Positions 9,066 to 17,532 of a stretch of 64,000 nt of DNA are shown in pieces; the stretch's first letter is position 1, and every line of letters begins with the position of its first letter. Under the pieces are notes generated by a model. That model was given only the letters and a program-made list of their open reading frames with translations, was not told the origin of the DNA and did no database searches. This stretch comes from Clostridia bacterium (GTDB taxonomy: Bacteria; Bacillota; Clostridia; Oscillospirales; CAG-272). A program made the translations under genes and the position numbers. The stretch lies in the NCBI GenBank assembly GCA_017463865.1, contig JAFTOI010000040.1, forward strand, positions 40,892 to 104,891, read 5' to 3'.

Positions 9066-11477
9066 TTATCCGAGCACCTCACCCGCGATGCGGGCGCCTT
9101 CGGCGGCGTCCTTCGCATAGTAGTCGGCGCCCACCATCTCGGCATACTCGGGCGTCAGCACCGCGCCGCCGACCATGACCTTGCAGTCGGCGCCGGCCGC
9201 ACGCAGGGCGGTGATGGTTTCCTGCATGGCCTTGACGGTGGTGGTCATCAGGGCGCTGAGCCCCACCAGCTTAATGTTGTGCTTCAGCGTCGCCTCAACG
9301 ATCGCCTCGGGCGCAACGTCGCGGCCGAGATCAAGCACGGCGTAGCCGTAGTTCTCGAGCAGCATGCGCACGATGTTCTTGCCGATGTCGTGGATGTCCC
9401 CCTTGACGGTCGCCAGCAGGATCTGCCCGCGGGTCTGGGTCGAGCCGGTCGAGGTGGCGCGGATGACCTCGAAGCCCGACTTGGCCGCGTCTGCGGCAGC
9501 AATCAGCTGGGGCAGGAAGAGCCGGCCCTGCTCGAACCGCGCGCCCACCTCGTCCAGCGCCGGAATGAGATGGCCGTTGATGACCTCCATCGGGTCAAGC
9601 TTGGTCAGCATGGCGGTGACCGCCTCGGCGGCCTCCTTCTTTCGGCCGGTGAGGATGTAGCCGGTCAGGCCCTGCGCGGCTTCCTCGGGCTGTGCGGGGG
9701 CGGCTGCGGCAGGAGCTCCCGTCGGGAGCGCGGCCAGCGTCGGCGCGGCCTCGATGTAGCCGACCGCACCGGCGTCTTGCCCGTTCAGTACGCGGTAAGA
9801 TGCTACGGCAGCGCGGTAGGCGGGGGCGAGCGGATTGAGGATGGGCATATCCAGCCCCGCGCCGAAGGCGGCGGCGAGGAAGTTGGCGTTCAGTACCTCG
9901 CGGGCGGGCAGGCCGAAGGAGACATTGCTGACGCCCAGTACAGTGCGCAGGCCCAGCTCGCGCTTGACCATCGACACGGCGCGCAGGGTCTCGCGCACCA
10001 GCGCCTGATTGGTCGAGGCGGTGAGGGTCAGGCAGTCGATGAGCACATCCTCGCGCGGGATGCCGAGGGCGACCGCCCGGTCGAGGATGCGCGCGGCGAT
10101 GGCAAAGCGCTCCTCGGCGGTGTCGGGAATGCCGTTTTCGTCCAGCGTCAGGCCGACGACGGCCGCGCCGTACTTCTTCGCAATGGGCAGAACGGCGGCG
10201 AGGCTCTCTTCCTTGCCGTTGACCGAGTTGATGATCGGCTTGCCGCAGTAGACGCGGCAGGCGGCCTCGATGGCGGCGGGGTCGGAGCTGTCGATCTGCA
10301 GGGGCAGGGGCGACACGGCTTGGATCGCGCTGACCAGACGGCGCAGGACGGCCGCTTCGTCCAGCTCGGGCAGACCGGCATTGACGTCGAGGATGTCAGC
10401 CCCCGCCTCCTGCTGGCTGATGGCTTCGCTGACAACGTAGGCGTCGTCACCGGCGCGAAGCGCCTCTTTGAGCCGCTTTTTGCCGGTCGGATTGATGCGC
10501 TCGCCGATGACGGCAACGTCGGGGCCGTTCAGCTCGACAGTGCGGCCGGTGCCGGTGAAGACAGTGCGGCGAACGGGGGTACGGGGCGCGGGCGTTGTCG
10601 CGTTAAGCATCGCACGCAGACCGGCGATAAAGGCGGGATTCGTGCCGCAGCAGCCGCCGAAGATCGTCACGCCGTCACGGGCAAGGCCGGCGCAGGCGTC
10701 GACGAACTCGGTGGGCGTCACATCGTAGACCGTGTGACTGCCGCCGCAGCCGCAGGCATCATCATCGCAGTTGACGATGCGGGGCAGTCCGGCGTTGGGC
10801 TGTACCATGACCGGAACGGTGGCGTAGTCGAGGATCTCGCGCACCAGCGGCGCGGCCTCGGTAGGCCCGAGCGAACAGTTGAGGCCGACGGCGTCAGCGC
10901 CCAGTGCCGACAGCGTGACGGCGGCCGTCTTCGGATCAGTGCCGAGGAAGGTGCGGCCGTCGGCCGAGAAGGTCATGGTCACAAAGACGGGCAGGTCGCA
11001 GTTCTCCTTGGCGGCCAGCAGAGCGGCCTTGGCCTCGAGCAGATCGGACATCGTCTCGATCAGCACAACATCCGCGCCCGCCGCCGCACCGGCGCGAACT
11101 GTCTCGGCGAAAAGGGCGTAGGCCTCATCAAAGCTGAGCGTGCCCAGCGGCTCAAGCAGCGCGCCGGTCGGGCCGACGTCGAGCGCGACCGCCTTTGCGC
11201 CCGCCTCACGGGCAAGCTTGACCGCGGCGGAAACGACAGCCTCAACGGTGAGGTCAGCTCCGCCGCCCTCAGCCAGCTTACGCGCGTTCGCGCCGAAGGT
11301 GTTGGCCGTGATGACATCAGCGCCCGCCGCGACATACTCGGCATGGATCGAGCGGACAATGTCGGGATGGGTGAGGTTGAGCCGCTCGGGCAGCTCGCCT
11401 GCGCGCAGGCCGCGCGCCTGCAGCATGGTGCCCATGGCACCATCGAAAAGAAGGAATCGGTCGGGAGAAATGGTCAT
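9066..11477 (-). CDS. metH: Cobalamin-dependent methionine synthase (Hcy, pterin and B12 domains; no AdoMet reactivation domain)
   Basis: DGAMGTM, GLNCS, GGCCGT, IGERINPTGKK, GDIHDIGKN motifs; ends right after the B12-binding domain. Confidence 0.9.
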   Translation of the reverse strand: MTISPDRFLLFDGAMGTMLQARGLRAGELPERLNLTHPDIVRSIHAEYVAAGADVITANTFGANARKLAEGGGADLTVEAVVSAAVKLAREAGAKAVALDVGPTGALLEPLGTLSFDEAYALFAETVRAGAAAGADVVLIETMSDLLEAKAALLAAKENCDLPVFVTMTFSADGRTFLGTDPKTAAVTLSALGADAVGLNCSLGPTEAAPLVREILDYATVPVMVQPNAGLPRIVNCDDDACGCGGSHTVYDVTPTEFVDACAGLARDGVTIFGGCCGTNPAFIAGLRAMLNATTPAPRTPVRRTVFTGTGRTVELNGPDVAVIGERINPTGKKRLKEALRAGDDAYVVSEAISQQEAGADILDVNAGLPELDEAAVLRRLVSAIQAVSPLPLQIDSSDPAAIEAACRVYCGKPIINSVNGKEESLAAVLPIAKKYGAAVVGLTLDENGIPDTAEERFAIAARILDRAVALGIPREDVLIDCLTLTASTNQALVRETLRAVSMVKRELGLRTVLGVSNVSFGLPAREVLNANFLAAAFGAGLDMPILNPLAPAYRAAVASYRVLNGQDAGAVGYIEAAPTLAALPTGAPAAAAPAQPEEAAQGLTGYILTGRKKEAAEAVTAMLTKLDPMEVINGHLIPALDEVGARFEQGRLFLPQLIAAADAAKSGFEVIRATSTGSTQTRGQILLATVKGDIHDIGKNIVRMLLENYGYAVLDLGRDVAPEAIVEATLKHNIKLVGLSALMTTTVKAMQETITALRAAGADCKVMVGGAVLTPEYAEMVGADYYAKDAAEGARIAGEVLG

Positions 11478-11545
11478 GGTGTTTGCCTCGGTTCTTTAGG
11501 AATGTACCATTATAACACGAAAAAGCACAAGATGCAAGAGGTTGG

Positions 11546-11576
11546 GGGAAAGATGCCGAAAAAGGCATCTTCCCCC
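11546..11576 (-). terminator. Intrinsic terminator
   Basis: GGGAAAGATGCC-gaaaaa-GGCATCTTCCC hairpin. Confidence 0.55.
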
Positions 11577-11583
11577 CCGTCAC

Positions 11584-11832
11584 TTATGCAAAATATTCGC
11601 TGACGTCAGCGCGGTCATTGTACTGCTTGCGGACGCGGATTTCGATCGAGCCGTCGGGCAGCTCGGTCTCGTCGGTGATCTGGTAGCGCGTGCGGGCACG
11701 ATCCATCGCGGCGCGGTAGCGGGCGATCTCGTCGCGGTTGGCGGCGGCCGCCTGCTCACGGGTGTAGCCGAAGTCCTCCTTCTGGGCGAAGACCAGCGTC
11801 TGATAAATGCAGGCCGATTTGACTCGTTTCAT
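11584..11832 (-). CDS. Hypothetical protein (82 aa)
   Basis: GGAGGTG RBS; MKRVKSACIYQTLVF...IRVRKQYN; genome-typical codon usage. Confidence 0.75.
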   Translation of the reverse strand: MKRVKSACIYQTLVFAQKEDFGYTREQAAAANRDEIARYRAAMDRARTRYQITDETELPDGSIEIRVRKQYNDRADVSEYFA

Positions 11833-11994
11833 GGGTTCACCTCCCTCTGCACTGTATCGTGCGGTGATGCAGAGAGATGATGTGCAAGCCACGCTGCGAA
11901 TGCACTCCCGTGACGGAAATCCGTATACATATTATACCATATATGAAAGAAAATTGCAAGCACGTGATTTTGCAAATTTTTGATGAACGAAAAA

Positions 11995-12020
11995 GATCCG
12001 CCCCGCAAGGGGGCGGATCC
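11995..12020 (-). terminator. Intrinsic terminator
   Basis: GATCCGCCCC-gcaa-GGGGGCGGATC followed by a T-run on the minus strand. Confidence 0.7.
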
Positions 12021-12025
12021 GGCGA

Positions 12026-12253
12026 TCAATCGTCGCCCAATTTCCATTCGTTTGGCGGGTTCAACTGGCGTTCCAGCCGTGCGACACGCTCTTCTGCCTC
12101 GCGCAGCCGCCGAAGCAGATTGGCGAGGAGGAAGTAGGCAATCGAGCCGAGGATGCTGGAGATTACATTGATGATGAAAGCGCCCCAGCTGCCGCCAACT
12201 AACCACGGAAATATCAGATTGAGTACACCAACAACGATCAGAAAGACCCGCAT
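12026..12253 (-). CDS. Small membrane protein (2 TM plus coiled-coil tail)
   Basis: GGAGGTG RBS; MRVFLIVVGV...LRRLREAEERVARLERQL. Confidence 0.6.
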   Translation of the reverse strand: MRVFLIVVGVLNLIFPWLVGGSWGAFIINVISSILGSIAYFLLANLLRRLREAEERVARLERQLNPPNEWKLGDD

Positions 12254-12260
12254 CGTTGGC

Positions 12261-13091
12261 TCACCTCCCCAGCGCCGCGACCTTGATCGCTCTCGCATAA
12301 GCCTGCGCGGCGAACTCCTCGATCGTCCACTCCGCATATGCATCATGCGTGTGTTTGTTCGGCTTGTTCTTGCAGGTCAGCTCGAAGGTGAGGATGCCCT
12401 CGTAGCCGTGGCGGTTGATGCGCGCCATGATGCCCGCCCAGTCGGCGATGCCGTCGAAGGGGAGCAGGTGCGCGTCGTCGTGCCAGGTGACGACGTTGGG
12501 GTCGGTCATGCCCATGTTGTCGTTGAAGTGGGTGGCGACCAGCTTGTCACCGTAGAGGGCCATCATGTCCCGGCTGAAGTTGTAGCACATCTCATGCCCC
12601 GTGTCCCAGCAGAAGCCGACTGCAGACGAGCCGCCAAGATCCTGCATGATCTTGGCCAGATACTCCGGCCCCTCGACATTCTCGAAGCCCAGCTTGACGC
12701 CGGCCTTCTCGGCCGCCTCGACGAGGCGTGCGTAGCGAGTGATGCCGAGGTCGGTGGGGTTATGCTTATCCATGCCGATGATGGGATGCACGACCATGAC
12801 CGGCACGTCCACCTTGGCGCAGTCGTTGACGCAGGCGATGAGCATGTCGGTGACCGCCTCGCCCTCGTCGCCCTCCTCCCACATTTTATGCACCTTGGTG
12901 AAGGGGGAGTGGATCGACTGATAGATCAGCCCCTCGCGCGCGATGGTGTTCGCCCATCCCTCGACGTCACAGCCCTCGCCCCAGCCGGTGAAGCAGGCGT
13001 CAAAGCCCGCCGCCGCGACCGCCTTCGCCGCGACCTCGACCGGCTGGCCGTAGCCCATCCCGAGGTCAACGCCCAATTTATACTTGCCCAT
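12261..13091 (-). CDS. Sugar phosphate isomerase/epimerase (AP endonuclease 2 TIM barrel)
   Basis: GFENV, CWDTGHE, ATHFNDN, HLLPFDG motifs. Confidence 0.85.
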   Translation of the reverse strand: MGKYKLGVDLGMGYGQPVEVAAKAVAAAGFDACFTGWGEGCDVEGWANTIAREGLIYQSIHSPFTKVHKMWEEGDEGEAVTDMLIACVNDCAKVDVPVMVVHPIIGMDKHNPTDLGITRYARLVEAAEKAGVKLGFENVEGPEYLAKIMQDLGGSSAVGFCWDTGHEMCYNFSRDMMALYGDKLVATHFNDNMGMTDPNVVTWHDDAHLLPFDGIADWAGIMARINRHGYEGILTFELTCKNKPNKHTHDAYAEWTIEEFAAQAYARAIKVAALGR

Positions 13092-13123
13092 ATGTAGTCT
13101 CCTTTCAAGCGCAGAAGCGCGTC
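13089..13123 (-). repeat. 35-bp direct repeat copy 1 (5'UTR + RBS + ATG)
   Basis: catatgtagtctcctttcaagcgcagaagcgcgtc; 34/35 identical to 14074-14108. Confidence 0.9.
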
Positions 13124-13130
13124 TGTGTCC

Positions 13131-13177
13131 AGTATACGCAAAATCCCCCCATTTGTCAAGAGGATGGGGGGATTTTG
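13131..13177 (-). promoter_or_regulatory. sigmaA promoter embedded in a terminator hairpin
   Basis: TTGACA-N17-TATACT (13159 to 13131); 14-bp inverted repeat 13139-13152/13164-13177. Confidence 0.75.
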
Positions 13178-13188
13178 GAAAAAAACAG

Positions 13189-14076
13189 TCAAGATGTTTC
13201 GGACACTTCGCCAAACGTCAGGTCGCGCATCTCTTCGGCTTTGGCGATCAGCCGTCGGAACCGATCGTTCATTTGCGATTCGCTGCCGCCGGCCATCGTC
13301 AGATATCCAGATGTTTGGTCACGGAAGCCGACATAAATACACCGCTCACCTGTAACCAGCGCATCACGGGGCACAAACTGCCGCTCAACGGGAATATACA
13401 CGGCATCCGGCTCAGAGGTTAATTTGTAATTGAACGGACGAGAGACATGATACGCCCAACCAGACCACCAATCATGTGCGCTCTCCGCACGCTTTCCTGT
13501 GTCATCGACATAAACCGTGTCTGCCTTACCCTGTAAAGTAAATGTACCGGATGGAGCATCACCCCCATAGACCCAATCCAAATTATCTGTCGTATAATCA
13601 TACAATATCGGCTGTTCCGTGTACATAGCAGGGTTATACATTGTTGTGGAAATCGTTCCTTCCGGAAATTCGAGTTCGATTGATGGGATCATGATCTCAA
13701 ACGGCAGATCCCAAATCAATAGTTCTCCGCTGTTTAGGACAGGGTCAAACAGGAAAATTGCTACCTCAAAGCTGTCCTTGATCTCCGCCAGATCACCACC
13801 TAATGTAAGATTGATCGGCGGATGCGATTCATCGACGACAGGTGCAACCCGATCCCATCCCGGGGGGAAAGTCGAATCTACTGGAATTTTCGCTGTTGTT
13901 TCTTCTTTTATTTCTTCGGGAATTGTGGTTGTTTCAGTTATTCCGATCTCTACTTCCACTTTTTCAGTTGTGTCAGGATCAAGTACTGATTCAGAAGAGA
14001 GCGAATGATGACATGAAGAGAACACAAAACAAATAAAAACGCAGAGAATAATTCGATATAAGAAACGGGAACTCAT
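13189..14076 (-). CDS. Hypothetical lipoprotein, lower GC than flanks
   Basis: MSSRFLYRIILCVFICFVFSSC signal, Thr/Glu linker, AT-richer codons. Confidence 0.7.
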   Translation of the reverse strand: MSSRFLYRIILCVFICFVFSSCHHSLSSESVLDPDTTEKVEVEIGITETTTIPEEIKEETTAKIPVDSTFPPGWDRVAPVVDESHPPINLTLGGDLAEIKDSFEVAIFLFDPVLNSGELLIWDLPFEIMIPSIELEFPEGTISTTMYNPAMYTEQPILYDYTTDNLDWVYGGDAPSGTFTLQGKADTVYVDDTGKRAESAHDWWSGWAYHVSRPFNYKLTSEPDAVYIPVERQFVPRDALVTGERCIYVGFRDQTSGYLTMAGGSESQMNDRFRRLIAKAEEMRDLTFGEVSETS

Positions 14077-14108
14077 ATGTATTCTCCTTTCAAGCGCAGA
14101 AGCGCGTC
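14074..14108 (-). repeat. 35-bp direct repeat copy 2
   Basis: catatgtattctcctttcaagcgcagaagcgcgtc. Confidence 0.9.
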
Positions 14109-14124
14109 GTGGTTTCCGGCAAGA

Positions 14125-15479
14125 TCAGCCTATCGGCGTTGTACCGGGCAGAGGAGTGTACATCCAGTCAGACATCGTCCCGGGTGGGGCGGTCGTTACG
14201 GCCGTCGTGCCGGGCGACTGTCCTCTTCCCTGTGTCGCCAAAAATGCTTCCATTGCATCATAGAACGCCCAGACTTCGGTTTCGTTCATGAAAAAGCTGT
14301 ACTGCATCAGTGCGCGGTTGGTCTCTGCGGGCAAAGTGAGGATCGTCTCGCCCTGCCAGACAAGCATTGATTCTGTGGGAAAGTGGCTGAGAATCAGGGT
14401 CTCGCCCTCTTTTGTGGTCAGAGTGATATCCCGCCAGAAATAGCTGGCGTGTTTGCCCGCTGTATAAGCCGCACTTGCTTCGCCGGGGAAAACGTACTCG
14501 GCATAGACGGGATTCTGGGGCACTTCGCTCTGCCGCAGCAGAGCCAGCAAAGCCTCTATCTCAGCCGGAGCGTCACTCTCCCGGGGGGCGATGGCGCCAA
14601 CCGACTCGGATGGCCCGGTGTAGCTGACCGACGCCAGCTCAGCCGCCGAGACAACACCATAGCGGGCGAGCAGGTCATCCAGTGTGTAGCCTGTCCCGGC
14701 ATAGTGGGAGAAGCGCCAGAGCGTCGTGCTGTCTTTGCAGTAGAGCCCGTCGCCGTGGCTGATATCGGCATGTTCTGCCTCTGCCGAGGGCAGGCGGCGA
14801 TAGACCGCTTCAAGCCCGCCGAGCGGCACGGTCCGTGTCGCGTAGGCATAATCCCAGACCAGGCGGAGCGCCGCCGCCGAATACACAATCCGATCGGCCA
14901 ACTGCGATTCTGCGCCGCCCCAGACGGCGCAGGTGCCATCCCCGCTTGGCTGGGCAAGAAAGATGCAGTCTCCCCGACAGTCAACTCAGCCCGCGGGATA
15001 AAGCTGAGCAAGTCCTGATATTTGTCAAAGAGATACGTGCGCTGTCGGGAGATAAACAGATCATTGTAGCTGCCGAAGCCGATCCTTCTGTTTCCCTGAC
15101 TCCAAACCGGGCAGATATAGCAGTCATCCAGCAGAGTCACATCATCTGCCGACAGTTTTGCGCCATAGATCCAATCGAGTCCCTGCACGGCATAACGGGT
15201 AATGCTGAGCGCCTTATCGTGCCAGACCCACGCGATGCCCGTGTCGGTCGCCGAATCATAGTCATAGAGGATGCTCCGCACGTCGTCCAGCCCCCAGTTG
15301 GGCAGATCTGCCATTTTGATCGTCCCGACCGACGGCACAAACTTTGCCTCAGTCTCGGGGGCAGCGGCCGTCTCAGCCGCCGTTGTCACTTCCGCCGTCG
15401 TCTCCGCCGGCGCACCGTCGGTGTGCGCACAGCCGCAGAGCAGTGCGGCGAGAAGCAGGATCGCGGTCAATCGCTTCAT
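14125..15479 (-). pseudogene. Lipoprotein gene split by an apparent frameshift near 14900-14960
   Basis: MKRLTAILLLAALLCGC ORF becomes low-complexity after ~190 aa, while overlapping frame 14125-14901 continues with protein-like sequence and has no evident RBS. Confidence 0.55.
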
Positions 15480-15508
15480 GTCAACGCCTCCTTATATTCC
15501 TTTACCTG

Positions 15509-15536
15509 TTAGACGTAAATTTTCCGATTTTGTTCC
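15509..15536 (-). promoter_or_regulatory. ECF-sigma-type promoter GGAAC-N16-CGTCTAA
   Basis: Same motif and spacing as 2014-2041. Confidence 0.6.
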
Positions 15537-15550
15537 ATCCGGATACCAAA

Positions 15551-15576
15551 ATCGGCGGGGCTTTCGCCCCGCCGAT
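15551..15576 (-). terminator. Intrinsic terminator
   Basis: ATCGGCGGGGC-tttc-GCCCCGCCGAT followed by a T-run on the minus strand. Confidence 0.75.
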
Positions 15577-15597
15577 GGTCAGTCTCCGTTCAGCGCA

Positions 15598-15720
15598 TTA
15601 GCCGCAGCCACAGCCGCAGCCGTTGTTGTTGCAGGAAAAGAGGATGATGAGCAGGATGATGATGATCCATGCGCAGGAGTTGTTGTTGTCGAAGAGGTTG
15701 CAAAGGCAGCTGTTATTCAT
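15598..15720 (-). CDS. Small Cys/Asn-rich membrane peptide (40 aa), sporulation-type
   Basis: GAAGGAG RBS; MNNSCLCNLFDNNNSCAWIIIILLIILFSCNNNGCGCGCG; own terminator; CATAtcaT mother-cell-sigma-like -10 upstream. Confidence 0.75.
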   Translation of the reverse strand: MNNSCLCNLFDNNNSCAWIIIILLIILFSCNNNGCGCGCG

Positions 15721-15842
15721 GGTGTGATCTCCTTCGAAAGTTGAATTTTTCGCAGGTGCTGCGGCTCGCCGGCTGGCTCGCCGCTGCCCTACACTACCAT
15801 GATATGAGGCATGCCGAATTGTGTGCGTCGTTTGCTGTCAAA

Positions 15843-16478
15843 TTATTCGAGGGTCAGTCGGTCGGCGTTGAGAAATGCGTTGGCCGCGAGAACGCTGTCG
15901 GTGGGCAGCCGTGCCTCGGCGCCGCACTTCGCACAGCTGACGCGGACGCAGTCGTCGAGCACCTCGACCTCGTACTCCCCCTCGCCGTCGGCACAGCGGC
16001 AGTGGATCTCGCCCTCGGCCTCCAGCTCGCGGATGACGAAGAGGATGATGTCGTAGATCTGCGGGTCGGTCAGAGTCTGGGGCTGATGCAGCGCATCAAA
16101 GCTTTCCACACCCGCCTCCTCCATCAGCTCGAGCAGATCCAGCTCATTCTTGGCCAGGGCGGCCTTGACGTGGTTGGTCTCGCCGATGAAGCAGGCGTCG
16201 AGGTCGGAGTAGGGGCAGGAGAGGGTGAAGAGCTCCCGGCCGAAGAAAAGGTTCTCCGAAATGGTATACTGGTGGGGCTTGGGGCATAAAATGCAGGGGA
16301 CGGTAAGGCGGATTTTGGCGTCGCGGCCGCGCTGGATGACCAGCTCGCTCTCGCCGCAGTCGCACTTGAGCTTGAGCATGTCGCCCGAGAGGGCGAAGAA
16401 GCCGACCGCGCTCATGATGCCGGCACCGCAGTGCGGGCATCGGTAGGCAATGGTGGTTTGTTTAGGTGAGATGACCAT
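15843..16478 (-). CDS. Hypothetical Zn-ribbon protein
   Basis: CPHCG, CDCG, CILC, CRC and CAKCG motifs. Confidence 0.8.
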   Translation of the reverse strand: MVISPKQTTIAYRCPHCGAGIMSAVGFFALSGDMLKLKCDCGESELVIQRGRDAKIRLTVPCILCPKPHQYTISENLFFGRELFTLSCPYSDLDACFIGETNHVKAALAKNELDLLELMEEAGVESFDALHQPQTLTDPQIYDIILFVIRELEAEGEIHCRCADGEGEYEVEVLDDCVRVSCAKCGAEARLPTDSVLAANAFLNADRLTLE

Positions 16479-16517
16479 TGTTCTATTTCCTTTGTTCGTG
16501 ATGGTATCAGTATATTG

Positions 16518-16552
16518 TACATTATATCATTTTGCTATACGATTTGTCAATG
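16518..16552 (-). repeat. 35-bp direct repeat (sigmaA promoter TTGACA-N18-TATAAT), left border of AT-rich island
   Basis: 33/35 identical to 18684-18718. Confidence 0.85.
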
Positions 16553-16610
16553 TTATAAGCAGTAAAATGGGGGAATACGATTGTTTTAAAAACAAAAATT
16601 ATAAAAATAC

Positions 16611-16639
16611 TTGACAAAAAAATATTAATATAGTACAAT
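16611..16639 (+). promoter_or_regulatory. sigmaA promoter of the island genes
   Basis: TTGACA-N17-TACAAT. Confidence 0.65.
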
Positions 16640-16683
16640 ACAAATGGAACCAAATTTGTTTACCAATGGAAAGGAGAAAAAAT

Positions 16684-17463
16684 ATGTTCAAATTCAAAAT
16701 TTGCTCGTTGTTGTTGGTTATATCTTTAATTGGTGGGGCATGTCTTCCTGCAAATGCAATTGATTATCATGATGTCCCTGTAGATGGTTCAAACTATGAT
16801 ATCATCACGCAGAACAAAACTGACTCTTCATACGCTGGTTTTAGTGGCGTCTTATTGCCGTCCACCCCCACAAAAAATGTTATTGTGCCAAATGGTGATG
16901 TGGTAGACGAAAATGATATTGCATCACCGTACTTGTTTGATCCAACTTGGTATCAATTAGACAATATGAGTTCGTTTATTTATTACGCACAGGAAACAAA
17001 TTATTCTTGCACTGCTGCCTGTGCACGAATGGCCTTGAGATACTTAACAGGGAATTACTATACCGAAGAAACCGTGCGCGAAGGATGCAAAGTTGCTAAA
17101 GACGGTGGAGCTCTGAGTGATGTAGTAGAGTATGTGAATGCAGAGTTGGATCAAGTTAATTATTCGTATATTGAGTATGCAACCAAAACATTTGTGAAGG
17201 ATAATCTTTATACTGCAATCGTAACTAAGGATGCGCCAGCAATTATCGCAGTTTGCGAATCGACGGAAGATGGATGGCCTTTTGATTTACCTGTACATGC
17301 AGTGACGATTTATTCTATAACATCAACGAAAAGTGACGTTGCAATTGCTGATCCGTGGGGAGGGTATGTTAGTAGTACTTCGCCATATAGATGGTTTGAT
17401 ATGTCGATGAACGACCTGTATGCAGCACATAGTGTTGTTGGTTTGGCGGGATTCATTTACTAA
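16684..17463 (+). CDS. Secreted papain-like (C39-like) cysteine peptidase domain protein
   Basis: Signal peptide; AQETNYSCTAAC (Q..C), VHAVTI (H), IADPW (D). Confidence 0.7.
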   Translation: MFKFKICSLLLVISLIGGACLPANAIDYHDVPVDGSNYDIITQNKTDSSYAGFSGVLLPSTPTKNVIVPNGDVVDENDIASPYLFDPTWYQLDNMSSFIYYAQETNYSCTAACARMALRYLTGNYYTEETVREGCKVAKDGGALSDVVEYVNAELDQVNYSYIEYATKTFVKDNLYTAIVTKDAPAIIAVCESTEDGWPFDLPVHAVTIYSITSTKSDVAIADPWGGYVSSTSPYRWFDMSMNDLYAAHSVVGLAGFIY

Positions 17464-17532
17464 AATAGACAAAGCATGGGTGATTGAATGATTACAATTC
17501 TTTTGCCCATGCTTTTAAATAGAGGGATACAA

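Noticed and set aside
9279-11603. Long opposite-strand ORFs (also 21546-23417, 24213-26012, 28439-30310, 35721-37562, 40196-41605)
   Set aside because: Antisense shadows of high-GC genes with clear motifs; no RBS or recognisable domains.
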